From the NCBI GenBank assembly GCA_032654565.1, contig JAULAX010000015.1, positions 832,001 through 896,000 of the forward strand: a stretch of DNA of 64,000 nucleotides, in the 5' to 3' direction. Below are positions 37,245 to 47,384 of the stretch, in pieces. Numbering within the stretch: the stretch's first letter is position 1; the number at the start of each line of letters is the position of its first letter. The stretch comes from Anaeromyxobacteraceae bacterium. Its GTDB lineage: Bacteria > Myxococcota > Myxococcia > Myxococcales > Anaeromyxobacteraceae. A model generated the notes under the pieces. That model was given only the letters and a program-made list of their open reading frames with translations, was not told where the DNA came from and did no database searches. A program made the translations under genes and the position numbers.

Positions 37245-38054
37245 TCAGTGCTCGTGCTTGATGAGCCGGAGCGCCCACATCAGCGCCAGCCCGGCCAGCA
37301 GCGCCCCGGTGAGCCGCCACTTGGAGCCGGCGCGGCGGTGCAGGTCGGGGAGGATGTCGGAGAGGGAGAGGTGCAGGAAGGTGCCGCCGGAGAAGGCCAG
37401 CGCCAGCGCGGTGAAGCGGTCCACCGCCACCAGCTCGCGCAGCCCGACGTAGATGGCGGCGCCGACCGGGACCATGAGCGCGAAGAAGGCGTTCATCCAG
37501 AGCGCCTTGAGCCGGCCGTACCCCTCGCCGCGCAGGATGGCCGAGAGCGAGAAGCTCGACGGCACCTTGTGGGCGAGGATGGCGATGAAGACCAGCAGCC
37601 CCAGCCCCTCCTGGTGGTTGGCGGCGCCCAGCGCGAAGCCGTCGACGATGGTGTGGATCGACATCCCCACCCAGGCGGCCAGCCCCAGGGTGTGGACCTC
37701 GCAGCCGGCCTCGTCGCCGTGGACGTGGCCGGGGTGGTCGTGCGGGGCGGCGATGGTGCCGGTGGAGAGGGCCTGGTTCATGCCCGGCTCGCCGCAGATG
37801 TGGATGAGGACGAACCGCTCCAGCAGGTAGAGGGCGAGGAAGCCGACCAGCACCCAGGGCACCACCCGGGCGCCGCCCAGCTCGATGGCCTCGGGGATCA
37901 TGTGGAAGAAGGCCGCCCCCAGCATGACGCCGCCGGAGAAGGAGAGGAGCAGGTCGCTGCGGCGCATGGGGCCGACCAGCGGCAGCACGCCGCCGGCGAT
38001 GGCGCCGCCGAGGATGGCGACGGTGTAGAGCCCGAGCGACTGGAGTTCGGTCAC
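37245..38054 (-). CDS. ZIP family metal transporter
   Basis: FSGGVMLGAAFFHMIPE, His-rich loop HDHPGHVH, HTIVDG, AHKVP and GTFLHLSLSDILP; GTGA coupling to dusB. Confidence 0.9.
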   Translation of the reverse strand: MTELQSLGLYTVAILGGAIAGGVLPLVGPMRRSDLLLSFSGGVMLGAAFFHMIPEAIELGGARVVPWVLVGFLALYLLERFVLIHICGEPGMNQALSTGTIAAPHDHPGHVHGDEAGCEVHTLGLAAWVGMSIHTIVDGFALGAANHQEGLGLLVFIAILAHKVPSSFSLSAILRGEGYGRLKALWMNAFFALMVPVGAAIYVGLRELVAVDRFTALALAFSGGTFLHLSLSDILPDLHRRAGSKWRLTGALLAGLALMWALRLIKHEH

Positions 38055-39109
38055 GCTTCCTCCCCGCCGGCATCCTGCGCCGGGTGCCAGGCGGCGTCGA
38101 GTTCCCACGGCGCCCCGGGGGGGAACTGCAGCTCGATGAGGGCGCGCACCTCGGCCGCCGACTTCACCGAGGTGCCGCCGCGCCGGAAGGCCACCCCGCC
38201 GCGCCGCCCCCGCGAGTACCAGAGCAGGTGGCGGCGCAGCTCGCGCACCGCCTGCTCCTCCTGGGCCTCGGCGGCCTGGTGCGGCCGCAGCCTGGCCCGG
38301 TGCTCGATCTGCAGGGTCACGTGGCGCATCACCACCTCGACCCACTCGTCGCGGGTGGGCGGCGGCGGGGCCGGCTCGCCCCGCTCGGCGGCCCTGAGCT
38401 CGCGGAAGATCCAGGGGTTGCCGCAGGCGCCGCGCGCCACCAGCACCGCGTCGCAGCCGGTCTCGGCCCGCATGCGCAGGGCATCGGCGGCGGTCCAGAC
38501 GTCGCCGGAGCCGAGCACCGGGATGCCCACCGCCTCCTTGACCAGCCGGATCAGCTCCCAGCGCGCCTTGCCCGAGTAGCCCTGCGAGCGGGTCCGGCCG
38601 TGCAGCGCCACCGCCGCGGCCCCGGCCCCCTCGGCGGCGCGGGCCACCTCGACGCAGTTGATGGCCCCCTCCTCCCAGCCGGCCCGGATCTTGATGGTGA
38701 CCGGGATCCCCGGCACCGCGGCCACGATGGCCGCCACCGCCGCCCCCACCGCGGCCGGATCGCGGGCCAGCGCCGCGCCCGCCCCGGTGCCGCAGACCTT
38801 CTTCACCGGGCAGGCCATGTTCACGTCGATCATCCCGGCCCCCTCCGCGACGGCCACCACCGCCCCGCGCGCCAGCGCCTCCGGCTCGGAGGCGAAGATC
38901 TGGACGGCGAACGGCACCTCGGCCGGATCGCGGTCCAGGTAGGCGAGCGTCTGGGCCTTCCCGTGGAGCAGGCCGTGGGCGCTGACCATCTCGGTGTAGG
39001 CGAAGGACGCCCCCATCTCGCGGCAGATGGTGCGGAACGGCCGGTCCGACACGCCGGCCAGCGGCGCGAGGAAGAAGCGACCCGAGAAGTGGTGGGGACC
39101 GATCTGCAT
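38051..39109 (-). CDS. dusB: tRNA-dihydrouridine synthase B
   Basis: LAPLAGVSD, TEMVS, DVNMACPVKKV, KIRAGW, HGRT and RGACGNPWIF. Confidence 0.93.
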   Translation of the reverse strand: MQIGPHHFSGRFFLAPLAGVSDRPFRTICREMGASFAYTEMVSAHGLLHGKAQTLAYLDRDPAEVPFAVQIFASEPEALARGAVVAVAEGAGMIDVNMACPVKKVCGTGAGAALARDPAAVGAAVAAIVAAVPGIPVTIKIRAGWEEGAINCVEVARAAEGAGAAAVALHGRTRSQGYSGKARWELIRLVKEAVGIPVLGSGDVWTAADALRMRAETGCDAVLVARGACGNPWIFRELRAAERGEPAPPPPTRDEWVEVVMRHVTLQIEHRARLRPHQAAEAQEEQAVRELRRHLLWYSRGRRGGVAFRRGGTSVKSAAEVRALIELQFPPGAPWELDAAWHPAQDAGGEEA

Positions 39110-39259
39110 GGACGGGGACCGGGCGGGTACCTAACACGGGGCCCGCGCCGCCGCGAGGGAGCCGGGGGTCACCGCCGCGGTCCGCCGTGCCCCGGACCCT
39201 CGCCCTGACCCGAACGCGTTGTTTCCCTTGCCCGGCTCCATCCTGTAAAACCCGGTCCA

Positions 39260-41041
39260 GTGCGCCTCCACCACCTCATCGTCCTGACGCTGCTGGCCCC
39301 CGCCGCGGTCCGCTCCGAGCCCACCCCGGCCGAGGCCGGTGGCCCGGCAGCGGCGCCGGTCGCGGCCACGCCCACGACGGCGGTCCCGGCGGCGTCGGCC
39401 ACGTCACCGGCCGGTGTCACCGTCACCGCCACCGCCACCGCCACCGCCACCGCTCCGGCCGCGGCCGCGGCCGCGGCAGAGCCGGCGGCCGACGTGCCCG
39501 AGACCGGCCCGCAGGCCACCGAGATCGACGCCGCCTCGGCCGAGCTGGAGGCGATGCGCGCCGCCGAGCGCGCCGCCCGCGTCCCCGAAGGCGCCGGCCA
39601 CGAGGGGCGGGCCGCCGAGGCCGCCGAGGGGCTGGGGCTGGGCTCCCCGCTGCGCCAGCGGCTCGAGGAGGCGCTCACCCGCGAGGTGACGGCGCCGCCG
39701 GCCGACGCCCCCGACCGGATCGCCCTGCTCCCCGAGCTCGACCACGGGCTCGCGAAGCTGCAGGCCGAGTACGACATCCCCATCGACGTCAACGAGGCGG
39801 TGGTCAGCTACATCCGCTTCTTCCAGCTGCCGCTGGTCCGCCCCCACTACGTCAAGTACCTGGGGCGCGGCCACCGCTACATCCCGCGCTACCAGCAGAT
39901 CATGCGGGAGGAGGGCGTCCCCGAGGACACCGTCTTCCTGGCCATGATCGAGAGCGGCTTCGCCAACTACGCCGTCAGCCGGGCCCGGGCGGTCGGCCCG
40001 TGGCAGTTCATCGCCCCCACCGGCCGGATCTACGGACTGAAGCAGGACTTCTGGGTGGACGAGCGCCGCGACCCGGAGAAGGCGGCCCACGCCGCCGCCC
40101 GCTTCCTCAGGGAGCTGTACCAGTCCACCGGCGACTGGCGGCTGGCCTGGGCCGGCTACAACGCCGGGCTGGGGACGGTGCAGCGCGCCCAGGCCCGGGG
40201 CTACCCGGACTACTGGTCGATGGTCGCCGCCAAGGGGCGCCGCGCCCTGCGCGCCGAGACCAAGGGCTACGTGCCCAAGCTGATGGCGGCCGCCATCATC
40301 GCCCGCCACCCCGAGGCCTTCGGCTTCAGGCCCGAGGAGATCGAGGCCGAGCGCTGGCCCGACGTGGTGGAGGTGACCATCCCCGACGCCGCGCCGCTGG
40401 CGCTGCTGGCCGCCGCCGCCGGGGTGGGGGAGGCGGAGCTGGTCGACCTGAACCCGGAGCTGCGCCGCGCCATCACCCCGCCGCGCCCGTACCAGCTCAA
40501 GCTCCCGGCCGCCGCCGGCGCCACCTTCGCCGCCAACTGGGACGCCATGAAGTCGCAGGTGCGCGTCGCCATCTTCGAGGGGCACGTGGTGGAGCGGGGC
40601 GAGACCCTCTCCGGCATCGCCCAGCGCTACGGCGTCTCGCTGGACGGGATCCTGGCCCTCAACCCCCGGCTCAACCCGCGGGCGCTGCGCCCCGGGACCG
40701 AGCTGGTGATCCCGCGGGTGGCCAGCCGGCCCCGCGCCCAGGCCGCGGCGCCGGCGGTGGTCCGAACCGCGGCCGCCGCGCCGCCGGCCGCGCCGCCGCC
40801 CGCCGGAGCACCGCCCGCCGGAGCACCGCCCGCCGCCGCACCGTCGCTGGTGGCCGCGGCCTCGGCCGCCGAGCCCCACGCCAGCACCTGGCGGGTCAAG
40901 CCGGGCGACACCCTCTGGTCGATCTCACGCAACACCGGGGTGCCGCTCGACGACCTCTGCCGGCTCAACGGCATCGGCAACCCGCGTCACCACAAGCTGC
41001 AGGTCGGGGCCACGCTGGTGGTGGCCAACACCCGCGGCTAG
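39260..41041 (+). CDS. mltD: MltD-like lytic murein transglycosylase with LysM domains
   Basis: LAMIESGF, AVGPWQF, DERRDP, YNAG and ETKGYVPK; LysM HVVERGETLSGIA and VKPGDTLWSIS. Confidence 0.88.
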   Translation: MRLHHLIVLTLLAPAAVRSEPTPAEAGGPAAAPVAATPTTAVPAASATSPAGVTVTATATATATAPAAAAAAAEPAADVPETGPQATEIDAASAELEAMRAAERAARVPEGAGHEGRAAEAAEGLGLGSPLRQRLEEALTREVTAPPADAPDRIALLPELDHGLAKLQAEYDIPIDVNEAVVSYIRFFQLPLVRPHYVKYLGRGHRYIPRYQQIMREEGVPEDTVFLAMIESGFANYAVSRARAVGPWQFIAPTGRIYGLKQDFWVDERRDPEKAAHAAARFLRELYQSTGDWRLAWAGYNAGLGTVQRAQARGYPDYWSMVAAKGRRALRAETKGYVPKLMAAAIIARHPEAFGFRPEEIEAERWPDVVEVTIPDAAPLALLAAAAGVGEAELVDLNPELRRAITPPRPYQLKLPAAAGATFAANWDAMKSQVRVAIFEGHVVERGETLSGIAQRYGVSLDGILALNPRLNPRALRPGTELVIPRVASRPRAQAAAPAVVRTAAAAPPAAPPPAGAPPAGAPPAAAPSLVAAASAAEPHASTWRVKPGDTLWSISRNTGVPLDDLCRLNGIGNPRHHKLQVGATLVVANTRG

Positions 41042-41081
41042 GTCGCCGCTCCAACCCCACCGCTCACCGCCCGGAAATGAA

Positions 41082-41105
41082 ACGGGCCGCCCGAAGGCGG
41101 CCCGT
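41082..41105 (-). terminator. Rho-independent terminator for the small minus-strand gene (possibly bidirectional)
   Basis: 10-bp stem ACGGGCCGCC/GGCGGCCCGT with a C(UUCG)G loop on the minus strand, followed by TTCATTT. Confidence 0.75.
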
Positions 41106-41130
41106 CCGTTCAGCAGAAGCGGGACGAGAA

Positions 41131-41331
41131 CTACTTCTTCTCGGCCTTCTTCTCCTCGGCCTTCTTCTCGACCTTCTTCTCGGCCTTGGCCGGGGCAGCG
41201 GCCGGGGCAGCGGCGGCGGCCGGAGCAGCAGCCGGAGCAGCGGCGGCGGCAGGAGCAGCGGCCTTCTTCTCCTCGGCGAAGGCGGGCGAGACGAAGGCGA
41301 AGGCAACGACGACGGCGAGCAGCTTCTTCAT
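41131..41331 (-). CDS. Small Ala/Lys/Glu-rich secreted protein (66 aa)
   Basis: MKKLLAVVVAFAFVSPAFA signal peptide; GAGGA RBS; (AAAP)n and (AEKK)n repeats; own terminator. Confidence 0.8.
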   Translation of the reverse strand: MKKLLAVVVAFAFVSPAFAEEKKAAAPAAAAAPAAAPAAAAAPAAAPAKAEKKVEKKAEEKKAEKK

Positions 41332-41492
41332 GGGGGTATTCCTCGGGGTTTTGGGGGGCGTAGCCTGCGTCGTCGGGATCGTGGTGTCCCCAAGGCCCGA
41401 CGCAATGGGGGAGCATCCAATCACACCCCGCCCGGGGATGTCGAGTATTTCCTTGGATTTCCATCCACCAGAAGGAGGGAGGGGTCCGCCCG

Positions 41493-42782
41493 CTAGGAGA
41501 GCGCCCGGGCCGGATCCACCCGCGCCGCCGCCGCCGCCGGGGTCAGCGCGCCGATCACCGCCGACAGGGCCGCCATACCGACGCTGGCGGCCAGCAGCCA
41601 GGCCGGGAAGATGAGGATGGCCTCGGGCCGGTAGGGGAAGTCGGGGAGGAAGTGGTGCCAGGCCAGGTCGCCGAGCAGGCCGAGCCCCCGGCCCACCGCC
41701 ATCCCCATCAGGCCGCCGCCGCCCCCCACCAGCAGGGCCTCGACCAGCACCAGGGCCCGGACGTCGCGGCCGGTGGCGCCGAGCGCCTGCAGCAGCGCCA
41801 TCTCGCGGGAGCGGGCGGCCACCGAAGCGGCCCGCGAGCGGGCGATGGCCAGGGCCGCCAGCGCCGTCATCAGCAGCGCCAGCCCGGTCAGGGCCCCGGT
41901 GGTCAGCGTCACCACCGTGCCCACCCGCTCGGCGGTGGCCTGCTCGGAGCGGTCCACCGCGAACCCCATGCGCCGCGCCGCCGCGGCGATGGCCGGGGCG
42001 TCGGCCGCCTGGTCGGCCAGCAGCGTCACCTGGCCGTAGCCGGGGTCGGAGCGGTTGTAGAGCCGGTGGAGCCGCTGCACCGTGGCCAGCGGCACGGCCA
42101 TGGCGTAGAGCGGCACGCGGTCGGAGAGGCCCGCCAGCCGCACCCGCACGTCGATGACCCGCTTCTCCGACCGGCCGGGGATGATGGAGAGGCCGATGCG
42201 CAGCGGCAGCTCCAGCCCCACCGGGTCGAGCCCGGGCGGCAGGCCGGGGATGCCCCAGGTCGGGGCGATGGTCTTGTTGTAGATCTCCACCAGCCGGCGC
42301 GAGAGCACCACCGGGATGGGGCCGCCGTCGGGCGGATCGGCGAAGTCGACGCCCTTGCGGGTGTCGTCGGCCACCATGGTCGGGTCGACGCCCACCACCG
42401 GGATCTGCAGCGTCATCCCCGGCGGCCAGGCCGCCTCGAGGCCGCGCGGCGGCTCGGGGGCGGCCACCGGGACCACCAGGTTCTGCCGCGGCCAGACCGC
42501 CCGCACCCCGGGCAGCTCCACCAGCCGCGCCAGCGCCGCCTCGTCGAGCCGCCCGCCGCCCAGCAGCCCGCCCAGCGAGAGCTGCGCCGGCACCACCTCG
42601 ACCAGGCGGGCGTCGGCCGGGAACATCCGCGCCGCCGCCTGCCCCACCCCGAGGCCGAGCGCCACGAAGACCGCCAGCGCCGCCGCCCCCACCGCCGCCG
42701 CCAGGGCGTCGACCAGCGCCGCGCCGGGATCGGCGCGCAGGTTGGCCCAGGCCACCGCCAGCAGGCTCCGCCAGCTCACCAC
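41493..42782 (-). CDS. MacB/FtsX-type ABC permease
   Basis: N-terminal TM, periplasmic domain, RSREMALLQALGA and three C-terminal TMs. Confidence 0.85.
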   Translation of the reverse strand: MVSWRSLLAVAWANLRADPGAALVDALAAAVGAAALAVFVALGLGVGQAAARMFPADARLVEVVPAQLSLGGLLGGGRLDEAALARLVELPGVRAVWPRQNLVVPVAAPEPPRGLEAAWPPGMTLQIPVVGVDPTMVADDTRKGVDFADPPDGGPIPVVLSRRLVEIYNKTIAPTWGIPGLPPGLDPVGLELPLRIGLSIIPGRSEKRVIDVRVRLAGLSDRVPLYAMAVPLATVQRLHRLYNRSDPGYGQVTLLADQAADAPAIAAAARRMGFAVDRSEQATAERVGTVVTLTTGALTGLALLMTALAALAIARSRAASVAARSREMALLQALGATGRDVRALVLVEALLVGGGGGLMGMAVGRGLGLLGDLAWHHFLPDFPYRPEAILIFPAWLLAASVGMAALSAVIGALTPAAAAARVDPARALS

Positions 42783-43444
42783 AGCCTCCCTTCACGGAGC
42801 GTGAGCAGGCGGGAGGCGGCCCGCGACACCCGCTCCTCGTGGGTCACCACCAGCACCGCCGTCCCCTCGCGGGCCAGCTCGCCGAAGAGCTGGATGATGG
42901 CCTCGCCGGTGACGGCGTCGAGGTTGCCGGTGGGCTCGTCGGCCAGCAGCAGCGCCGGGCGGGTCACCAGGGCCCGGGCGATGGCCACCCGCTGCCGCTC
43001 GCCGCCGGAGAGGCGGGCCGGGCGGGCGTGGGCCTTGCCGGCCAGGCCGACCCGGTCGAGCGCCTCCAGCGCCCGCACCCGCAGCGCCGCCAGCGGCTCG
43101 CCGTCGCCGTGGCGCAGCAGGCCGGGGAGCAGGACGTTCTCCAGCGCCGGGAAGGCCGGCACCAGGTTGAAGGACTGGAAGACGAAGCCGATGCTCCGGT
43201 TGCGCAGCCGGGCCAGCGCCAGCGCCGAGAGGCCGCGCAGCCGCTCGCCGGCCACCACCGCCTCGCCGCCGAAGCCGGCGTCGAGGGCCCCGGCGATGGC
43301 CAGCAGCGTCGACTTCCCGGAGCCGGAGGCCCCCACCACCGCCACCACCTCGCCCGGAGCGACCGTCAGGTCGAGGCCCCGGAGGACCTCGAGCGCGCGC
43401 CCCTCCTCGCTGAACGAGCGGGTGATGCCGGTGAGCTGGATCAT
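42776..43444 (-). CDS. LolD/MacB-type ABC ATP-binding protein
   Basis: GASGSGKST, IGFVFQSFNL, LSGGERQRVAIARAL and LADEPTGNLD. Confidence 0.93.
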   Translation of the reverse strand: MIQLTGITRSFSEEGRALEVLRGLDLTVAPGEVVAVVGASGSGKSTLLAIAGALDAGFGGEAVVAGERLRGLSALALARLRNRSIGFVFQSFNLVPAFPALENVLLPGLLRHGDGEPLAALRVRALEALDRVGLAGKAHARPARLSGGERQRVAIARALVTRPALLLADEPTGNLDAVTGEAIIQLFGELAREGTAVLVVTHEERVSRAASRLLTLREGRLW

Positions 43445-45006
43445 TGCGGGGGCTTGGGCGGCGTCCCCAGCCGCGTGTCGAAGGTGAGCTTGAGCGCCCC
43501 GGCCGGCAGGTCGGCCCGCACCGTCACCGCCGCCCCCTGGCCGAGCGTGCTCACCAGCTTCTCCACCACCGACCGGCCCACCACGCCGTCGGGCCCGGCC
43601 CCGAAGGCCGAGGGGGGGAGCGCCCGCAGCGCCGCCACCAGGTTGTCGCCGTGGAGCACCAGGCCGCCGAGGCCGCCGGCCAGCGTGCCGGCGGTCCCCT
43701 CCGGCGGAACGAAGCCGGGGGCGCCGGTCTTGAGCCGGGCCAGCAGCGCCGGCAGCCCGCCCGCCGCGCCGGCGGTGAGCGCCACCGAGGTGCCCTGCAC
43801 CGCCCAGGCGAGCTCGGCGTCGCCGCGGCCCATGGTCCAGGCGCCGCGGCCGGCCGGCGCGCCCACCACCGACATCAGCCGGTCGCAGGCGGCGGTGAAC
43901 GCCGCCGGGTCCTTCAGCCCCGCCAGCGCCTCGAGCCGCGCCAGGCCGAGCGGCTGGGAGAGCGCCCGCCCGTCCATCAGCCCGGAGAGGTCGGCGTTCG
44001 GCGCCAGTCCGGCGCCCAGCTCGATGGGGGTGGCCAGCTGCGCCGCCATGGCGGCGATGGGCTCGGTGAGCGGCAGGCCGCGCTGCTCGGCGGCCAGCCG
44101 GAGCGCCACCGCGGGATCGGCGGAGACCCGGAGCGCCAGCACCGTGGCGGGGTGGAGGCGGGAGGGCTGGCCGGAGCCGTCGCCGGGGCCGGCCAGCGGC
44201 CGCACCAGCGGCTCGCGCGTCCCCAGCATGATCGCCACGGTCACGCGCAGCCCGGCGCCGGTGACCGAGACGCCGGCCGCCACGCCGTCGCTGGCCGGCA
44301 GGTCGAGGAGCGCCGGCGCGTCGCGCGGCAGGAAGAAGAGGAGCGGGGACCCCTCGCCCAGCGTGGCCCGGCCGCGCTTCCAGGCCGGGCTCTCGGCCAG
44401 CGAGACCCCGGCGTCGAGCGCCAGCACCTCGCGGAGCACCTCCGGGCCGGCCGGGCCGACCGCCACCAGCATCGAGCCCTCGGCCTGGGCCACCGCCAGC
44501 AGGGCCGGCTCGCCGGCGGCGCGCCGCCAGACCGTGAAGCTGGACCTGGCGGCGGCCTGCTCGCCCCGGTCAGCGGCCCCGAGCCGCTCCTTGGCGAGGC
44601 GGGTGACCAGGGCCTCGAGCTTGCCGGCGTCGCCGACGGGCAGGACCAGCAGCGGCGTGCCCGGCTCGCCCGGCCGGGTGGCCAGCTCGGCGAAGGCCAG
44701 GCCGCGCTTGACGTCGAGGCCGACCCCCTCCAGCGAGGCCGGGTCGAGGAGGTCGAAGCCGAGCTGCTGGGCCAGGCTGGTCCGGGCCGCGGCCAGCTCC
44801 TCGCCGCCGGGCCGGGCCGCCAGGGCCGCGAAGGCCGCCGCGGTCTGGCGCGAGAAGTCGCCGACCGACGGGACGATCATGGCGCCGGCGTTGGTGGCCG
44901 GCACGAACCGATCGGGCGGGGGGCCGCCGCGCGGCGACCCGCAGCGGGCGCAGCCGGCCAGGAGGGCGAGGACGACGAGGGCGGGGGTCAGGTGGGAGCG
45001 GCGCAC
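43441..45006 (-). CDS. Hypothetical lipoprotein in the ABC operon
   Basis: LLAGC lipobox; ATGA coupling to the ATPase gene. Confidence 0.7.
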   Translation of the reverse strand: MRRSHLTPALVVLALLAGCARCGSPRGGPPPDRFVPATNAGAMIVPSVGDFSRQTAAAFAALAARPGGEELAAARTSLAQQLGFDLLDPASLEGVGLDVKRGLAFAELATRPGEPGTPLLVLPVGDAGKLEALVTRLAKERLGAADRGEQAAARSSFTVWRRAAGEPALLAVAQAEGSMLVAVGPAGPEVLREVLALDAGVSLAESPAWKRGRATLGEGSPLLFFLPRDAPALLDLPASDGVAAGVSVTGAGLRVTVAIMLGTREPLVRPLAGPGDGSGQPSRLHPATVLALRVSADPAVALRLAAEQRGLPLTEPIAAMAAQLATPIELGAGLAPNADLSGLMDGRALSQPLGLARLEALAGLKDPAAFTAACDRLMSVVGAPAGRGAWTMGRGDAELAWAVQGTSVALTAGAAGGLPALLARLKTGAPGFVPPEGTAGTLAGGLGGLVLHGDNLVAALRALPPSAFGAGPDGVVGRSVVEKLVSTLGQGAAVTVRADLPAGALKLTFDTRLGTPPKPPQ

Positions 45007-45038
45007 GGTCCGTATCTATCATGGTAAGGGAGCGCCGG

Positions 45039-45671
45039 ATGATCTCCACCGGCACCGACCAGGCCCCCATCGCGGTCGATCGCTTCCCCGACTGGAGGGC
45101 CCGCTTCGGCCCGCTGGTCGAGCGGCTGGAGCTGGAGATCGGCTGCGGTCACGGCGGCTACGCGGTGGCCTTCGGCGCGGCCCGGCCCGACCGGGCCCTG
45201 GTGGGGATCGAGCAGCGCAGGAAGTTCGCCGCCATGGTGGAGGAGAAGGTGGCGAAGCGCGGCCTGCAGAACGTCCAGGTCATCTGCGGCGATGGCCGGC
45301 TGATGGCGCCGCGCCTCTTCCCGGCCGGCTCGCTGGCCGCCATCCACGTCCACTTCCCCGACCCGTGGTGGAAGCGGCGCCACGCCGAGCGGCGGCTGGT
45401 GGACGACCGGATGTCGACGATGCTGCTGGGGCTGCTCCGGCCGGGCGGGCTGCTCGACTTCCGCACCGACGTGGAGCGGTACGCGCTCGACGCCGTGGCG
45501 CGGCTGGAGGAGGTGGGCTTCGAGAACGAGGCCGGCCCGGGGCGGTTCTGCGAGGCGCCGGAGGGGGAGCTCCCCTCGACGCGCGAGAAGCGCTACCTGC
45601 AGACCGGGCAGCGGGTCTGGCGGCTCAGGCTGCGGGCGCCAGCGACCCCGGTCGGCGGTATCATGCGGTGA
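45039..45671 (+). CDS. trmB: tRNA (guanine-N7)-methyltransferase
   Basis: LEIGCGHG, VGIE, HFPDPWWKRRH..RRL, FRTD and STREK. Confidence 0.9.
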   Translation: MISTGTDQAPIAVDRFPDWRARFGPLVERLELEIGCGHGGYAVAFGAARPDRALVGIEQRRKFAAMVEEKVAKRGLQNVQVICGDGRLMAPRLFPAGSLAAIHVHFPDPWWKRRHAERRLVDDRMSTMLLGLLRPGGLLDFRTDVERYALDAVARLEEVGFENEAGPGRFCEAPEGELPSTREKRYLQTGQRVWRLRLRAPATPVGGIMR

Positions 45672-46813
45672 TGCCGCTCCGCCGCCACGCCCTGACCGCC
45701 ACGCTCCTGGCCGCCCTCCTCCTGGCCCCCGTCGGCGCCCGGGCCGCCTCCACCCCGGCCGGGCCGGCCCGGCCGATCGAGGCCACGCTCGACGAGGCCG
45801 CGGCGGGCCGGTTCGCCGCCCTGGCGCTCGGCTGCGTCCACCGCGAGTACCCCAACAAGCTCTCGCACGTCCTCGCCTCCGACGCCGACGCCCGTCCGCC
45901 CCGCCGCCTGACGCCCGCCTTTTTCGGCTGCTTCGACTGGCACTCCTCGGTGCACGGCCACTGGCTGCTGGCCCGGCTGGTCCGGCTCTTCCCGTCGGCG
46001 CCCTTCGCCGCCGAGGCCCGCGCCGCCCTGGCCCGGAGCCTCACCCCCGCCAACCTGGCCATCGAGGTCGCCTACCTGGCCGACCCCGGGCGCGCCTCCT
46101 TCGAGCGCCCCTACGGCCTGGCCTGGCTCCTCCAGCTCGCCGCGGAGCTGCGCACCAGCCCGGATCCGGCCGTGAAGGCGCTGGCCCCGGCGCTGGCGCC
46201 GCTGGAGGCCGAGGCCGCCGGCCGGATCTCGACCTGGCTCGGCAAGCTGCGCTACCCCATCCGTTCGGGCGAGCACTCCCAGACCGCCTTCGCCTTCGGC
46301 CTGATCCGCGACTGGGCGGTGGCCACCGGCGACCAGCCCTTCCGGGAGCGGCTCGACGCGCGCATCCGGGCCTTCTACGAGCGCGACCAGGCCTGTCCGC
46401 TGGGGTACGAGCCCTCGGGGGAGGACTTCCTCTCCCCCTGCCTCGCCGAGGCCGACCTGCTTCGCCGGCTGCTGCCACCGGCCCGCTTCGCCTCCTGGCT
46501 CGGCGCCTTCCTCCCCACCCTCCCGCGCCGGCCCGGCGCGACCTGGCTGCCGCCGGCCGAGGTGAGCGACCGCGCCGACCCCAAGCTGGCCCACCTCGAC
46601 GGGCTCAACCTGAGCCGATCCTGGATGCTGCTCGGGATCGCCGCCGGGCTCCCGGCCGGCGACGACCGCGTCCCGGTGCTCCGGGCCACCGCCTCGGCGC
46701 ACCAGGTGATCACGCTGCCGGCCATCACCGGCCAGCACTACGAGGGCGGACACTGGCTGGGGACCTTCGCCGTCTACCTGACCAGCGGGGCCGGGCGCGC
46801 CACCCCGCCGTGA
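45671..46813 (+). CDS. DUF2891 family protein
   Basis: REYPNK, FFGCFDWHSSVHGHW, FERPYGLAW, HLDGLNLSR and YEGGHWL; TGATG coupling to trmB. Confidence 0.85.
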   Translation: MPLRRHALTATLLAALLLAPVGARAASTPAGPARPIEATLDEAAAGRFAALALGCVHREYPNKLSHVLASDADARPPRRLTPAFFGCFDWHSSVHGHWLLARLVRLFPSAPFAAEARAALARSLTPANLAIEVAYLADPGRASFERPYGLAWLLQLAAELRTSPDPAVKALAPALAPLEAEAAGRISTWLGKLRYPIRSGEHSQTAFAFGLIRDWAVATGDQPFRERLDARIRAFYERDQACPLGYEPSGEDFLSPCLAEADLLRRLLPPARFASWLGAFLPTLPRRPGATWLPPAEVSDRADPKLAHLDGLNLSRSWMLLGIAAGLPAGDDRVPVLRATASAHQVITLPAITGQHYEGGHWLGTFAVYLTSGAGRATPP

Positions 46814-46972
46814 CGGAGGCGCGGGTCGCCGCTCGAGGCCTGCGTTCGCGGCCACGGCGTCCTCGCTCCAGGCGGCCAGATCGCCACCTGGTCTTCACGC
46901 CTTGTCTGGGATCGGGTTATACCGGGGCCGGTTCCTGCTGGAGCGACGGCCGACCCGGCCGCGGAGGACGGA

Positions 46973-47233
46973 ATGAACGCGACGCGAGTGACCATGTTGA
47001 TCCTGGCGCTGTCGGGCACGGCCTGCGCCGCGGGAGGGGCCCAGGCCGCCCGCCCCGTCGACGACTACCGGCTCGCCGACGGCACGCAGGTGACCTGCCG
47101 GATGGAGGCCCCGACCGGGAGCCACATCAAGGAGCGGGTCTGCCGCCGGGTGGCGGAGACCTCCGAGGCCAAGCGGATCACCATCGACTCCTACATGAAC
47201 CGGCCCGTGGTCAACACCCGCACCGGCGGCTGA
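46973..47233 (+). CDS. Small putative lipoprotein
   Basis: GGAGG RBS; LSGTAC; C-R-x-E-x-PTGSHI-xx-RVC motif seen in small proteobacterial lipoproteins. Confidence 0.65.
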   Translation: MNATRVTMLILALSGTACAAGGAQAARPVDDYRLADGTQVTCRMEAPTGSHIKERVCRRVAETSEAKRITIDSYMNRPVVNTRTGG

Positions 47234-47384
47234 CCGGCCGGGTTCACGAACCGTAGACGCGGTACAGGAGCGGTCGACTCGTACCGAGGGGCCTGCGGTG
47301 CCTTGCCGCACCTTCGGAACCCGAGAGGAAATCGCCAGGCGATCCGGGACTATCTGGGCTCCTTCGAGCCCCCGGGAGTCGCCC

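Noticed and set aside
39420..39455. (ACCGCC)n microsatellite as a phase-variation switch
   Set aside because: The hexamer keeps the reading frame and encodes a Thr-Ala linker
42839..46813. Apparent 1324-aa fusion ORF (likewise 22249-25239, 34152-36206, 37245-39137, 60325-62184)
   Set aside because: Only the C-terminal part is a real gene; the true starts are at stop/start overlaps or RBS sites
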